64,000 bases of DNA, from assembly GCA_964424105.1 (NCBI GenBank), contig CAYRHJ010000030.1, positions 54,227 through 118,226 on the forward strand, read 5' to 3'. This stretch comes from an uncultured Phycisphaeraceae bacterium. GTDB taxonomy: Bacteria; Planctomycetota; Phycisphaerae; UBA1845. Within the stretch, counting starts at the first letter, position 1. Each line of letters opens with the position of its first letter. Position numbers and translations under genes: made by a program. Shown piece after piece: positions 26,351 to 35,698 of this stretch. The notes beneath the pieces were generated by a model. That model ran no database searches and was not told the origin of the DNA. It saw only the letters and a list, made by a program, of their open reading frames with translations.

Positions 26351-26550
26351 CGCTCAGCCCATGGTAACCGCTTGGTACGCCGATTGCCAATCGATCGACT
26401 CATTCACTAATCGATAGACGTTGTCCACTGAACTATCGATGCACGATCGAGACGCAAACCTGGTGTTGCATCAATCTTGCCTCACCAGGCTGGTCCGATA
26501 AGCATGGATGGCTACGGTGAACAAACAAGGCGCAGGATATGTGCGCCTTG

Positions 26551-29500
26551 TTAAGGCGTTTCCACCGCACCGATGTCCGGAAACGCGCCGTTGAACGGCA
26601 GACCCACGTCGTCGCCCGCATCGATGCAGGGCGAATCCGCTGCAAATCCGCCGGCCACCGACCGCAACGCAAACGCCGACCGGACCTGCGTCAAGATGCT
26701 GTCCACCAGCGTTTGCACCGCGCCGGGCTGTATGTGACCGGTGCCTTCCCGCACGTCATCCACCGCACCCAAATCCAATTGCGACACGGAATTGATGGGG
26801 TTGACGAACAGCGGAATTCCCACCGGATTCAGGCCCTCGCCTGCGTTGGACGATGACAGCGAATTCAGATCACCGAAAGGCTGATTGGCGTTACACGGAT
26901 TGAACGGCGGTTTGCCGTCGCCCCAGTAGTTGAAATTCGTTGGGTTGGGCGCGAACGGCGGAGCCGACGGGCAATCCTGCGACAAGGTCACGTCCCGCGT
27001 GGTGTTATTGAAAGACAGATTGTTCTGTAGCGAACTGGGTCCTACGTCGCTCTCAATAATCATCCCGTAATTGTTCCCGTAGGCCACATTGTTGAAATAC
27101 TGATTTTGGCTACCGTCGTCGTCGTCGAACCCGCCTCGCGGATTCAGGAACGCGATATTATTCCGCACGATGTTGCCGCCGCCCTCGCGCGTGCAAATTT
27201 TCAGGCCATTGCCGTCACCGTCTAACGTGCGATCCGGATTGGAATCAAACGCCACGTTGCCTTCCCAAACGCAACGACTCGGCGACACGGTATCAAAATT
27301 GTCGTCCACGTTTCCAAACGCGACGTTATCCACCATGGTGCAATCCGTCAGGTATCGACCGCCGATGCCGTCCGTGTTTTCGTCATTCCTTCTGTTGTCA
27401 AAAACCAGACATCCCCGCACCGTGCAGTTCCGTGGGGCGTCGGGCCAGGGATTTTGAAACAAGGGCCATTCCCGGAAGTAATTCACCGAGCTGGCTTCAC
27501 GCAAGGTGATGCCCTGACCGTTGCGATAGGACGCGCAGAAATCGATCGAGCAATCCCTACACTGGCCGATGATCTGGAAGCCCGGCTCAAAACCCGTCGG
27601 CGCCAGCGAATTATCATAGGCCACACATTCCACTAACTTGGATCCGATGACTTCCACGCCCGCCGGCGTGCCGGTGTAGACCGGCGGCGAATTCGTCGGC
27701 TGATTCGATCCGCTGGTACGATAATCCGAGATGATCCGTGCACCGACCCGCTTGGCATTGATGAACGTCAGTTTCGAAAGCGTGACGTAATTCGCCCGAA
27801 CGTCCGCGCCGTTTCGCTGTCGATTCAGCGAATCGAGAATGACCAGTTCGCCATCCCAAGCTTCAAACAAGACCGGACGTGTAGCCGTCCCACCACGCAA
27901 GACGTTCAACACGGGCACCGCTTCCTGCGTTCCAAAAGGAATATTGTTCGTCGTGTACGTGCCTCCGCGAATGAACACCCGGTCGCCGGGAAACACGCGG
28001 TCAGCCGCAGACTGTATCGTCAGCAGAGGCGAAGCCTGCGTGCCCGAATTGGAATTGACACCCACCGGGCCGCCTAATCCGTCCTGATCCACGAAGAAAT
28101 CATAGAAGACGGTCAGATTCTTCGTAGCCGGCACCCCGCTCGTCATCTGCACGTTGACCGGCGTGGTCCGCTCGTTGGCCGTGCCCGCGATACGCAGCAC
28201 GGCGTCCAGTCGGGCCGGTATGCCGCTGAATTCCGACAACGGTATAGACACGCTGAACAAGCCGGTCACCGTCGACGTCGATGCGACCACTTGCCCGTTC
28301 GATGCCCGCACCACTTGAATCGTAACCGTTCGACCCGTGGCCGGTGTCAGGTCGTCACCGCGGAAGGCGATGCCGGACAAGAGCGTGCCCGATAGGGTCG
28401 GCTGACATGTGCGGTTGCCCGCGCAAGTCTCGCCCAAGCCGCAATCGCTGTTCGACAGGCAATCCACGCAAGCGCCGCTGGCCGGATCACACAATTGCGA
28501 TCCACACTGGATGGCGGTGTTGCTACAGATGCCCGCCGAGCACTGATCACTCGTACAGGCGTTCCCGTCGTTGCACTCCGCGTTCGAGATACACCCGCCG
28601 GACCCGGTATCAAACGTCAAGGTCAAATTCTGGATAATGAATCCGCCGGTCGAATCATGCCAAAACGCAAGCGTGTTGGAACCGGTATGATACCATGCGA
28701 TCGGCGTGCTGATGGGCGCCAGCGTCGCGCTGGCACCGTCGTTTTCTTCTATCCAGGCCGAACCGAACAATTGAATCGGACCGAACCCGTTGATGAACAG
28801 CCGGCCCTCGTTGTTGTCGGCGTCAAACGCGGTCATCGTCAATTGAACAGCCGTCGCGCCCGGCGGAATCGAGTTCAACGTCAAAAATGCCGTGCTGCTT
28901 TCTGGTGGCGGGCCTTGCAAGTTCATCGGCAGCCCCGTCACGACATAACCCGCGGAAGGCTCGCAATCGTTCGTCGTCTCGTTGCACGTTTCGGCCCCGC
29001 CGCACGGCGATGATCCTGCAATACAGCTCCCGCTGTCACAGGTTTCACTCCCATTGCAAAACGATCCGTCGTCGCAGTCTGAATCAGTCAAACAGTCGAC
29101 ACATTGATCCAACCCGTCGTCACAGAGACCGCCGCCGCAGGGATCCGTTCCCGCCTGACATGTCCCCGCCACGCACAATTCCCATCCGTTGCAGAACAGG
29201 CCGTCGTCACAATATTCGATCGTGAAACAGTCCGCACACGTTTGACTTTCCCGTTCACAATCCTGGTCCGGGCAGGGAACCGGACCAGAGGTGCAGTTTC
29301 CACTGATGCATCGTTCAAAACCGTTGCAGAAACTCCCATCGTTGCATTCTGCGTCTGTTAGACATGCCGGCGGGGCAGGATTACTGATCGACCCGCGAAT
29401 GGAGCTTGAAATGAACACCCGCACCACGCTGCCGCCATCCAAAGCGTTGGAACACTCGTATTCGGCGTCATTCAGCGGGTCACGCACGGCTAGCGTAATA

Positions 29501-30072
29501 TCATGGCGGCCAATCGAATCGAATCGGTACGATTGCAGCAAGTGGGTGCCGGCGAGACCGGATTGCTCGGTGTTGTCGAATCGCCAGACGTAGATCAGGT
29601 CCGGCCAATCTTCGATGGCCGCGCTCGACACTACCCGAGCCGTTACCAAGAACGAATCCGCCGCCCGAATGACCGTGCTCGGCGTTTCATCGGGCCCCAG
29701 AACTTCAAACGTAACTGGGCATGTTGAAAGACTGCTGCCCAATTCGATAAACGAGCGCTCCGGCTGCAATGGGTCGCCGGTCGATGAGCCCGTTCCGAAC
29801 GGATCAGGATCAAACCCACCTAACCCGGCGGGGCCCAGCAATTCAACGTAGGGATCGGTTCCGAAACCGATTGATCCGGCGTCAGACAATTGGTCGGAAT
29901 CATCGTCATTACCAGTCAGGGTTAGCGACGAATCCGCGTCGTCCGCTTCGCTCTCGCGCCAGTCCGCCGCGGTGGCCGATGCGGGCCCTTGACAGCCGCT
30001 CGCCAGCACGATGATCTGGAGGATGGAAACACACACAAAGATCGCACCACCAGCCGTTGATTGTTTTCGCAT
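26551..30072 (-). CDS. Giant secreted lipoprotein with FCNGxExC Cys-rich repeats and right-handed beta-helix modules.
   Basis: Start was set at MRKQSTAGGAIFVCVSILQIIVLASGC (lipobox). It has 4-5 CxDGxFCNGxExC repeats and a C-terminal region of NN.A..N and GG.I.NN parallel beta-helix repeats. Confidence 0.8.
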   Translation of the reverse strand: MRKQSTAGGAIFVCVSILQIIVLASGCQGPASATAADWRESEADDADSSLTLTGNDDDSDQLSDAGSIGFGTDPYVELLGPAGLGGFDPDPFGTGSSTGDPLQPERSFIELGSSLSTCPVTFEVLGPDETPSTVIRAADSFLVTARVVSSAAIEDWPDLIYVWRFDNTEQSGLAGTHLLQSYRFDSIGRHDITLAVRDPLNDAEYECSNALDGGSVVRVFISSSIRGSISNPAPPACLTDAECNDGSFCNGFERCISGNCTSGPVPCPDQDCERESQTCADCFTIEYCDDGLFCNGWELCVAGTCQAGTDPCGGGLCDDGLDQCVDCLTDSDCDDGSFCNGSETCDSGSCIAGSSPCGGAETCNETTNDCEPSAGYVVTGLPMNLQGPPPESSTAFLTLNSIPPGATAVQLTMTAFDADNNEGRLFINGFGPIQLFGSAWIEENDGASATLAPISTPIAWYHTGSNTLAFWHDSTGGFIIQNLTLTFDTGSGGCISNAECNDGNACTSDQCSAGICSNTAIQCGSQLCDPASGACVDCLSNSDCGLGETCAGNRTCQPTLSGTLLSGIAFRGDDLTPATGRTVTIQVVRASNGQVVASTSTVTGLFSVSIPLSEFSGIPARLDAVLRIAGTANERTTPVNVQMTSGVPATKNLTVFYDFFVDQDGLGGPVGVNSNSGTQASPLLTIQSAADRVFPGDRVFIRGGTYTTNNIPFGTQEAVPVLNVLRGGTATRPVLFEAWDGELVILDSLNRQRNGADVRANYVTLSKLTFINAKRVGARIISDYRTSGSNQPTNSPPVYTGTPAGVEVIGSKLVECVAYDNSLAPTGFEPGFQIIGQCRDCSIDFCASYRNGQGITLREASSVNYFREWPLFQNPWPDAPRNCTVRGCLVFDNRRNDENTDGIGGRYLTDCTMVDNVAFGNVDDNFDTVSPSRCVWEGNVAFDSNPDRTLDGDGNGLKICTREGGGNIVRNNIAFLNPRGGFDDDDGSQNQYFNNVAYGNNYGMIIESDVGPSSLQNNLSFNNTTRDVTLSQDCPSAPPFAPNPTNFNYWGDGKPPFNPCNANQPFGDLNSLSSSNAGEGLNPVGIPLFVNPINSVSQLDLGAVDDVREGTGHIQPGAVQTLVDSILTQVRSAFALRSVAGGFAADSPCIDAGDDVGLPFNGAFPDIGAVETP

Positions 30073-30620
30073 CGAGCCATATCCATTTCCCCGAAAGGTG
30101 AAGGTATAGAGAAGTCCCGCAAGGTTCCCCATAGGGTTATTCGATATCCCAGTCGCCATCGCAAATGCGATGCGAGCGATTCTGCCCTAAGAAGCCGTTT
30201 CGCGAATAAGAAAGAGGATTTTGCCCACCCCCACTCTGCGGGTGGGACTTTCTCGGTGACCGCGCCAACTAATACCATTGGTATGACGGGAAAAATTGGC
30301 AAGTCAAGTAAAATCGCTATCTTGAATAGGTTGAGAGGGTTTGAGTAGGATAGCTAAATCATTATCTGAACGCGATTTGCACGACGCTTGCCCGGATTCG
30401 CTGACACCAGAATGTTATACGGAACCAAACAAAACCGCGGGGGATTAGCAAGAAGCAGTTACACTTCGTTTTTGGAATCCGAAAATCGGTCGAGCCGGAC
30501 ATTCGGAACATCGTTTGCGATTCTAATGGCCGAATCTCAGCCGTGTGATAAAGTTAAGATGGTAAGGATGACGGTTCATCCAACCGATCGAACCCTACGT
30601 CCGTGCTTGGAGCGTTTGCC

Positions 30621-31310
30621 ATGATTTCAACCATGACCGATAATTTCATGTTGGCTGCAAGCTTTCTACCCATCGCCCAGTCAATGGGGTCCGTATACGT
30701 CATTTGCCTGATCGTCGGATGCGGGCTGCTGGCGATTTCCACCGTTTTCGCCGGCCAGCATGATGCCGGTGTGGATGGTGACGTTGGGACCGACTTTGGA
30801 GCGGATGGCCAGGCAGATTTTGGGACCGACGGACATTTTGACCACGCGGGCCATGGGCATGTCGGCAGCGTGCTGTCGCTGTCCAGTTGGTTTTCGATCC
30901 ACTTTCTGGTTTATTTCGCGGCGATGTTCGGGCTAGTCGGGACCGTGCTGACGTATGTTCAAGGCGGGCGGTCGGGCGCGATACTGGTCGCCTCGGTCGT
31001 GGGTGGGTTGATTGCGGGTCAGGGCGTGCATCAACTACTTCGCTACCTGCGTCGTTCCAGCAGCAATAGCCTGACGTCCAGCGGGGAATACCTGAATCAG
31101 GTGGCGCGGGTCACGGTGGCCATCGCGCCATCCACCAAGGGTGAAATCGCGGTTCGCGTACGCGGGCGCGAACGATTTGTCGTCGCCACCGGGAAACGTG
31201 CCGAGGACGAATTCCACGTGGGCGACGAGGTGGGGATCGTTGGCTTCGGTGCGGGCCGGGCGGAAGTCGTCTCGCGAAAGGAATTCGAGTTCATAACACA
31301 GTCCCAATAG
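30621..31310 (+). CDS. NfeD-like membrane protein, the flotillin partner with an OB-fold C-terminus.
   Basis: Several TM helices followed by GEIAVRVRGRERFVVATG....GDEVGIVGF, an OB fold. It sits immediately upstream of the flotillin gene. Confidence 0.7.
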   Translation: MISTMTDNFMLAASFLPIAQSMGSVYVICLIVGCGLLAISTVFAGQHDAGVDGDVGTDFGADGQADFGTDGHFDHAGHGHVGSVLSLSSWFSIHFLVYFAAMFGLVGTVLTYVQGGRSGAILVASVVGGLIAGQGVHQLLRYLRRSSSNSLTSSGEYLNQVARVTVAIAPSTKGEIAVRVRGRERFVVATGKRAEDEFHVGDEVGIVGFGAGRAEVVSRKEFEFITQSQ

Positions 31311-31322
31311 AAGGAGGAGGCC

Positions 31323-32678
31323 ATGGATAATATCGTCATCGGTCAAACTGAACTGCCGGTCTCCGCGTTGCTCATCGGCGGGGGAATCCTGTTTGTCATC
31401 ATGGCGTTTATCGTCCTGGTGGCCAAGTTGATGGTGGTCGGCAACCCCAGCGAGTTGCTGGTCATCAGTGGAAAGCAATCGCAATCCGGCGAGGGCTATC
31501 GAACGTTGATCGGCGGTCGCACGCTGGTCATACCGATCCTGGAGAAAGTGGAAAGACTGAGCCTGCGGAACATGCAGGTAGCGTTGGAAGTCAAGGCCCA
31601 GTCGGGTGGCGGGAAGATGATCCCGGTCACGGTGACGGGCGTGGCCAACGTGAAGATTTCGTCGGACCCGGACGTTCGCGGCAACGCCATCGAGCGGTTC
31701 CTGGGCCAGCCCTATCAGGATCTGCAACGGGTGGCTCGTGAAACGCTGGAGGGCGGGTTGCGGGCGGTTATCGGGAAAATGACGCCCGAGGAAATCGTCG
31801 AGGATCGCGACAAATTTGTAGCCACAGTCATGCAGGAGGTCACCGACGACTTTCGCAAGCTGGGCATCGTGATCGACAGCGTGAACATTCAAAACGTTCA
31901 CGACGAGGATCAGTATCTGGAATCCATCGCCCGAAAGGCATCGGCGGAAGTACGAGCCACCGCACGACAATTCGAGGCGCAGCGAAAAGCCGAAGCGGAC
32001 ATCAAGGAAGCAGAGGCTGATGCTTCCGCGCGAACCGGGCGGGCGGAGCGTGACGCTGACGCTCGTACCGCGGAGGCGGCTGGTCACCAGAAGGCTGAGC
32101 AGGCACGTTTCGTAGCGGAGACCGCCATCGCCGTGGCCAACAACGGATTGCGTATTCGAACGGCGGAGCTGGAACGCGAAGCCGCGCTCAAGGAGGCTGA
32201 GGCGCAGGAGGCGGCAGCGACGGCGGAAGAAGCCCGATTGATCGCGACGACGGTCAAGCAGGCCAACGCGGCCCGCGAGGTCGCCAAGGCCCATGCGGAA
32301 GGTCAAGCGGCAACGGTGCTGGAAGAAGGTAAGGCCCGGGCCGCTGCCATCGAGCGGATCGGAAAGGCCATTCAGCAATATCCCGAAGCGCTCAAGGTCA
32401 TGCTGGCGGAAATGATGCCCAACGTGGTCAGCGAGCTTACCAAAACCATCGCCGGTGTGAACCTGGGCCAGGTTACCGTGTTTGACGGCGGTGACGGGTC
32501 CGCGACGACCAGCGCGGCCATGAGCCGGGCGCGCATGTTGGCGGAGTCACTTGGCACGCTGCATTCGGTGTTGGGGATCGATCTGAGGGACCTGGCCCAG
32601 GACATCGCCTCGGGCATCTCGTCGAACAAGAACGGCAACACGTCGCTCGCGCCCCCACCGGCGGCGAAGACGGCGTAA
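31323..32678 (+). CDS. Flotillin-like SPFH/band-7 protein with an A/E-rich coiled-coil tail.
   Basis: TM anchor, SPFH core and a long EA-repeat coiled coil. The SD aggaggagg precedes the start. Confidence 0.85.
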   Translation: MDNIVIGQTELPVSALLIGGGILFVIMAFIVLVAKLMVVGNPSELLVISGKQSQSGEGYRTLIGGRTLVIPILEKVERLSLRNMQVALEVKAQSGGGKMIPVTVTGVANVKISSDPDVRGNAIERFLGQPYQDLQRVARETLEGGLRAVIGKMTPEEIVEDRDKFVATVMQEVTDDFRKLGIVIDSVNIQNVHDEDQYLESIARKASAEVRATARQFEAQRKAEADIKEAEADASARTGRAERDADARTAEAAGHQKAEQARFVAETAIAVANNGLRIRTAELEREAALKEAEAQEAAATAEEARLIATTVKQANAAREVAKAHAEGQAATVLEEGKARAAAIERIGKAIQQYPEALKVMLAEMMPNVVSELTKTIAGVNLGQVTVFDGGDGSATTSAAMSRARMLAESLGTLHSVLGIDLRDLAQDIASGISSNKNGNTSLAPPPAAKTA

Positions 32679-32895
32679 CCGACGTGTGTCGTTGAGATTC
32701 GCAGAGGATCTGCCTGGGATGCAAATCGGTAGACCCCGTGTCATTTGATGCGGGGTCTACTTCATTCAATGTGCAGTCCTCGCGCCGCACGTGAACGTGA
32801 TTGGCGGCAACGCGAATTCGGTTTGGCGCTTTAGGGCGCCACACACCTGGTTCGTCATATCTGCGAAGGTGTGTGGGTATGACGGGGAACGTAAA

Positions 32896-32935
32896 TCATC
32901 GGCTCCCCCACCTCCAAAGGAGGTGGGCCACCCGG
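32896..32935. repeat. Family C element, inverted partial copy.
   Basis: TCATCGGCTCCCCCACCTCCAAAGGAGGTGGGCCACCCGG is the reverse complement of the 641-704 core. Confidence 0.75.
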
Positions 32936-32940
32936 CCGTT

Positions 32941-32969
32941 CTGGATTCCGGCTTTCGCCGGAATGACGG
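32941..32969. repeat. REP family A palindrome in inverted orientation: CTGGATTCCGGCTTTCGCCGGAATGACGG.
   Basis: Reverse complement of the CGTCATTCCGGCG-N4-CCGGAATCCAG consensus. It is adjacent to the family C copy. Confidence 0.8.
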
Positions 32970-33184
32970 AATGGGGCGCATTCCCGCTCCCTGACGTATC
33001 TGCGTGCGTGCACGCACAGGCGGGTGGGCGCGGGTTGGAATTGTTTACGCTCCGCGGCGGACCGCTCGCTTCGCGCTCGCGGCTCGTAAAAGGCTTGGGT
33101 GCGGCTCGGTTATTTGACCGTTCAAATATCATCAGGTCTTCGGATGGCTTGAAACCCACACCTGGGACATAATCCGACCCGATC

Positions 33185-34300
33185 ATGCGGATCTGTCATT
33201 TGCTATCCCACGGTTCGGTCGGCGGGACGGAACGATTCGTTCTATCGTTGACCGATGGTCTGATTCAACGCGGACACGAGCTTTCCGTCGTTAACACCTG
33301 GACCGGCAGCGCGTTGGACCAGTTGGCTATGTCTGGCGCCACGCCGTACAGCAACCTCAACGCGGGCACGTATCGGATTGGGCCTGTCTGGCTGTGGAAG
33401 GTGGGTGACCATTTTCGTCGAAACAGGTACGACATCGTGCAGACGTACGGCCTGCGGAGCAGTCTAGCCTTGCGCATGATTCAGGGCCGCGTCGGTGTGC
33501 GTCATCATGTTTTCGGGGTTCGCGGGTTGGACCAGCAGCGGACCGGATGGCAAGCGTTCCTGGATCGGCGTAGCGAAAATCGACTGGCCGCCGTGGTGTG
33601 CAATGCGCGGGCGGTGGCTGATCGACGTCGCGAGACAGTGGGCACGCCGGATTCGCTTTTGCACGTGATTCCCAACGGGTTGGACTTGAATGCGTTTCCA
33701 GCCGACGGCGAATCGCCGCCTCGCTCGTCCTTGGGTCTGCCGGACGGATTCCTGTATGTGATGGTGGCAAACTTCCGGGAGGAAAAGGACCATGGCACGC
33801 TATTGGAGGCTTTTCATCGTGTGTCGGAGGTCATCCCCGATTCGAATCTGATATTGATCGGCGGCGGGAAGCTGCGAGATCAGACCATGCACGTGGCCCG
33901 CTTGCTGAACGTGTCCAAGCGTGTGGTGTTCACGAGCGCGGTCGCGGATGTTCGGCCCTATCTGCGGGCGACGGACGCGTTCGTGCTTTCGTCATACAGC
34001 GAAGGGATGCCGCGGGCGTTGATGGAAGCGATGGCCATGGGCCTGCCGGTCGTGGCGACGAACGCCGGTGGAATCGGGGAGGTGGCTGAACATGAAAAAT
34101 CGGCCCTGCTGGTGGCCGTTCGGAACCCAGCCGCGTTGGTGGAGGCTATGATCCGCGTAGCCCGTGACGCCGACTTGCGACGCTCGCTGGGCCGGTCGGC
34201 TGCGGAACGGATACGGAAGCATTTCAGCGTGGGGGCGATGATCGACGCGCATGAACGATTGTATGAATCGATCGTCAGTCGCGCCGATCAGTCGCTTTGA
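33185..34300 (+). CDS. GT4-family glycosyltransferase (group 1).
   Basis: N-terminal GGTERFV and the C-terminal EGMPRALMEAMAMGLPVVAT EX7E-like motif. Confidence 0.85.
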   Translation: MRICHLLSHGSVGGTERFVLSLTDGLIQRGHELSVVNTWTGSALDQLAMSGATPYSNLNAGTYRIGPVWLWKVGDHFRRNRYDIVQTYGLRSSLALRMIQGRVGVRHHVFGVRGLDQQRTGWQAFLDRRSENRLAAVVCNARAVADRRRETVGTPDSLLHVIPNGLDLNAFPADGESPPRSSLGLPDGFLYVMVANFREEKDHGTLLEAFHRVSEVIPDSNLILIGGGKLRDQTMHVARLLNVSKRVVFTSAVADVRPYLRATDAFVLSSYSEGMPRALMEAMAMGLPVVATNAGGIGEVAEHEKSALLVAVRNPAALVEAMIRVARDADLRRSLGRSAAERIRKHFSVGAMIDAHERLYESIVSRADQSL

Positions 34301-34434
34301 TGATCATTGAATGGTCCAATGAACGCTGGTCGTCGTTTCGGCGAAGGAGTGAGACCACAACGATTTTGCCCGGACCCCGGCATTCGCCGGGGTGACGACT
34401 TTGCGGCAGGAACGGGTCAATTTCATCACGCCGT

Positions 34435-35343
34435 TCAGGCGTTAATAAACGATGCTCGTCGTGGAAGCAGGGTCAACGCACCTAGACCCATGAGCAGAAG
34501 AGCTGCCGGTTCCGGAACGGCGATGGCGGAGACGATGACGGGATTGGAAGAATCAGCCGTCAGGCCGTCGGGCACAATTCCCAAACTTCCAGGATCAAGG
34601 CCCAGAATCGACGAGAAGAGAGATAGGCCGAGCTTGCCGGTCAAGGCACTCGTCATGGTACCCGTCGATGCCTGTAGCGATTCTTCGAGGATGGTCAGGC
34701 CGCTGATGTTGGCGAAGAAGTTTTCAAGACCGGCGGCTTTGAAGAATGGGTCAGTCACAACGGCCAGCACGTCGGCGATGATGTTGCCCTCGATGTCGAT
34801 GGGACCCAAGTCAGTGTTGAAATCGAGGGGCGAGGTTTCATCGAAAGCCCCGTCGATCGTCGTCGTCTGCCGGTCGGAGAACTGTAGCCGCAGGTCGTAA
34901 CTGCCGAAGCGGTTAATCGAAAAACGCATGTCTGCCAGCAGGTTTCCGGTGATGTCGGTCGTGTTCAGCCCGGAGTCGAAACTGAGGTTGTAAGCGAGCG
35001 GCTGGGCCGGCCCCACGCTGGTTACCTGGTTGGGATTGATGGAGAGCGGCCCGGTGCTGAGGATGACCTCGTACGTGGGGATGCCTCGACCGCCGCGTTG
35101 AACGACCGCGGAGACGGGGCCGGTCAGTGAAAAGTTGAAATCGCCGGCGTCGACCACGTTGCCGCGAAAATTGGTGCCGATGACCCCGACCGTGGAATTG
35201 GAGATCCTGTCGTGATTGCCGTCGACGGCGAACCCGGCGAAGCGCAGTCCCTCGACGACGTTTTCAAACATGCCGCCATTGGCGGACGTCGCGCCCAGCA
35301 CGCTGATGACGCACGAAAGCACGATGATTCGGATAGCTCGCAT
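34435..35343 (-). CDS. PEP-CTERM sorting-signal secreted protein.
   Basis: N-terminal signal peptide. C-terminal VPEPAALLLMGLGALTLLPRR is the PEP motif followed by a TM helix and Arg cluster. Confidence 0.75.
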   Translation of the reverse strand: MRAIRIIVLSCVISVLGATSANGGMFENVVEGLRFAGFAVDGNHDRISNSTVGVIGTNFRGNVVDAGDFNFSLTGPVSAVVQRGGRGIPTYEVILSTGPLSINPNQVTSVGPAQPLAYNLSFDSGLNTTDITGNLLADMRFSINRFGSYDLRLQFSDRQTTTIDGAFDETSPLDFNTDLGPIDIEGNIIADVLAVVTDPFFKAAGLENFFANISGLTILEESLQASTGTMTSALTGKLGLSLFSSILGLDPGSLGIVPDGLTADSSNPVIVSAIAVPEPAALLLMGLGALTLLPRRASFINA

Positions 35344-35410
35344 GTTCTGTTTCCTCAGCAGCCACGGGTCGATGCATCAGACCCTGTTGCGCGGGGCCAT
35401 GATCGTTGTA

Positions 35411-35549
35411 CCGGTTCAGGACCGCCGCGCCGTTTCAGGATCGGCGTGCTGATTCAGGATCGGCGCGCCGCCGGTTCAGGATCGCCGTGCCGGATCAGGA
35501 TCGCCGTGCCGGTTCAGGATCGGCGCGCCGATTCATGATCGGCGTGCCC
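35411..35549. repeat. Tandem array of 7 units of about 20-22 bp, TTCAGGATCG(G/C)CG(T/C)GCCG(G).
   Basis: Lies 70-200 bp upstream of the PEP-CTERM gene start at 35343 (minus strand). Every unit contains GATC. Confidence 0.85.
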
Positions 35550-35698
35550 GGCCCATGACTATCGGACCCGCCAACTCCTGCCGCTATCATACTATCGACC
35601 GGCAGGGCGGTCATCCTCAAACATGGTAGTGATAGGGTGTTTTTGTGGCAAGATGGGCATAGGGATGCGTGTTTTTGAATTCGATCCGACGATTTTCG

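Noticed and set aside
26232-26417. 61-aa + strand ORF MTAVKWF...
   Set aside because: Its body is the translated 10-bp microsatellite (AKRRQASP repeats), and it overlaps the hicB start on the opposite strand.
30160-30620. Possible tRNA or ncRNA in the AT-rich divergent intergenic region (hairpin CCCACCC-N9-GGGTGGG).
   Set aside because: No cloverleaf-compatible sequence or conserved tRNA boxes recognised. More likely divergent promoters with a regulatory hairpin; left unannotated.
31035-32378. 447-aa minus ORF.
   Set aside because: Antisense to the flotillin gene. Its Arg/Leu-rich composition is typical of reverse-strand readthrough of an Ala/Glu-rich coiled coil.
32801-33186. ORFs of 123 and 96 aa on both strands across 32801-33186.
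   Set aside because: They are translations of family C and family A repeats (WIPAFAGMTEW / VIPAKAGIQ signatures). Intergenic.
35411-35549. Possible CRISPR array (tandem repeats).
   Set aside because: Units are contiguous with no intervening unique spacers. The unit length of about 21 bp is too short, and no cas genes are nearby. The same reasoning applies to the 10-bp microsatellite at 26295 and the 38-bp tandem at 49700.
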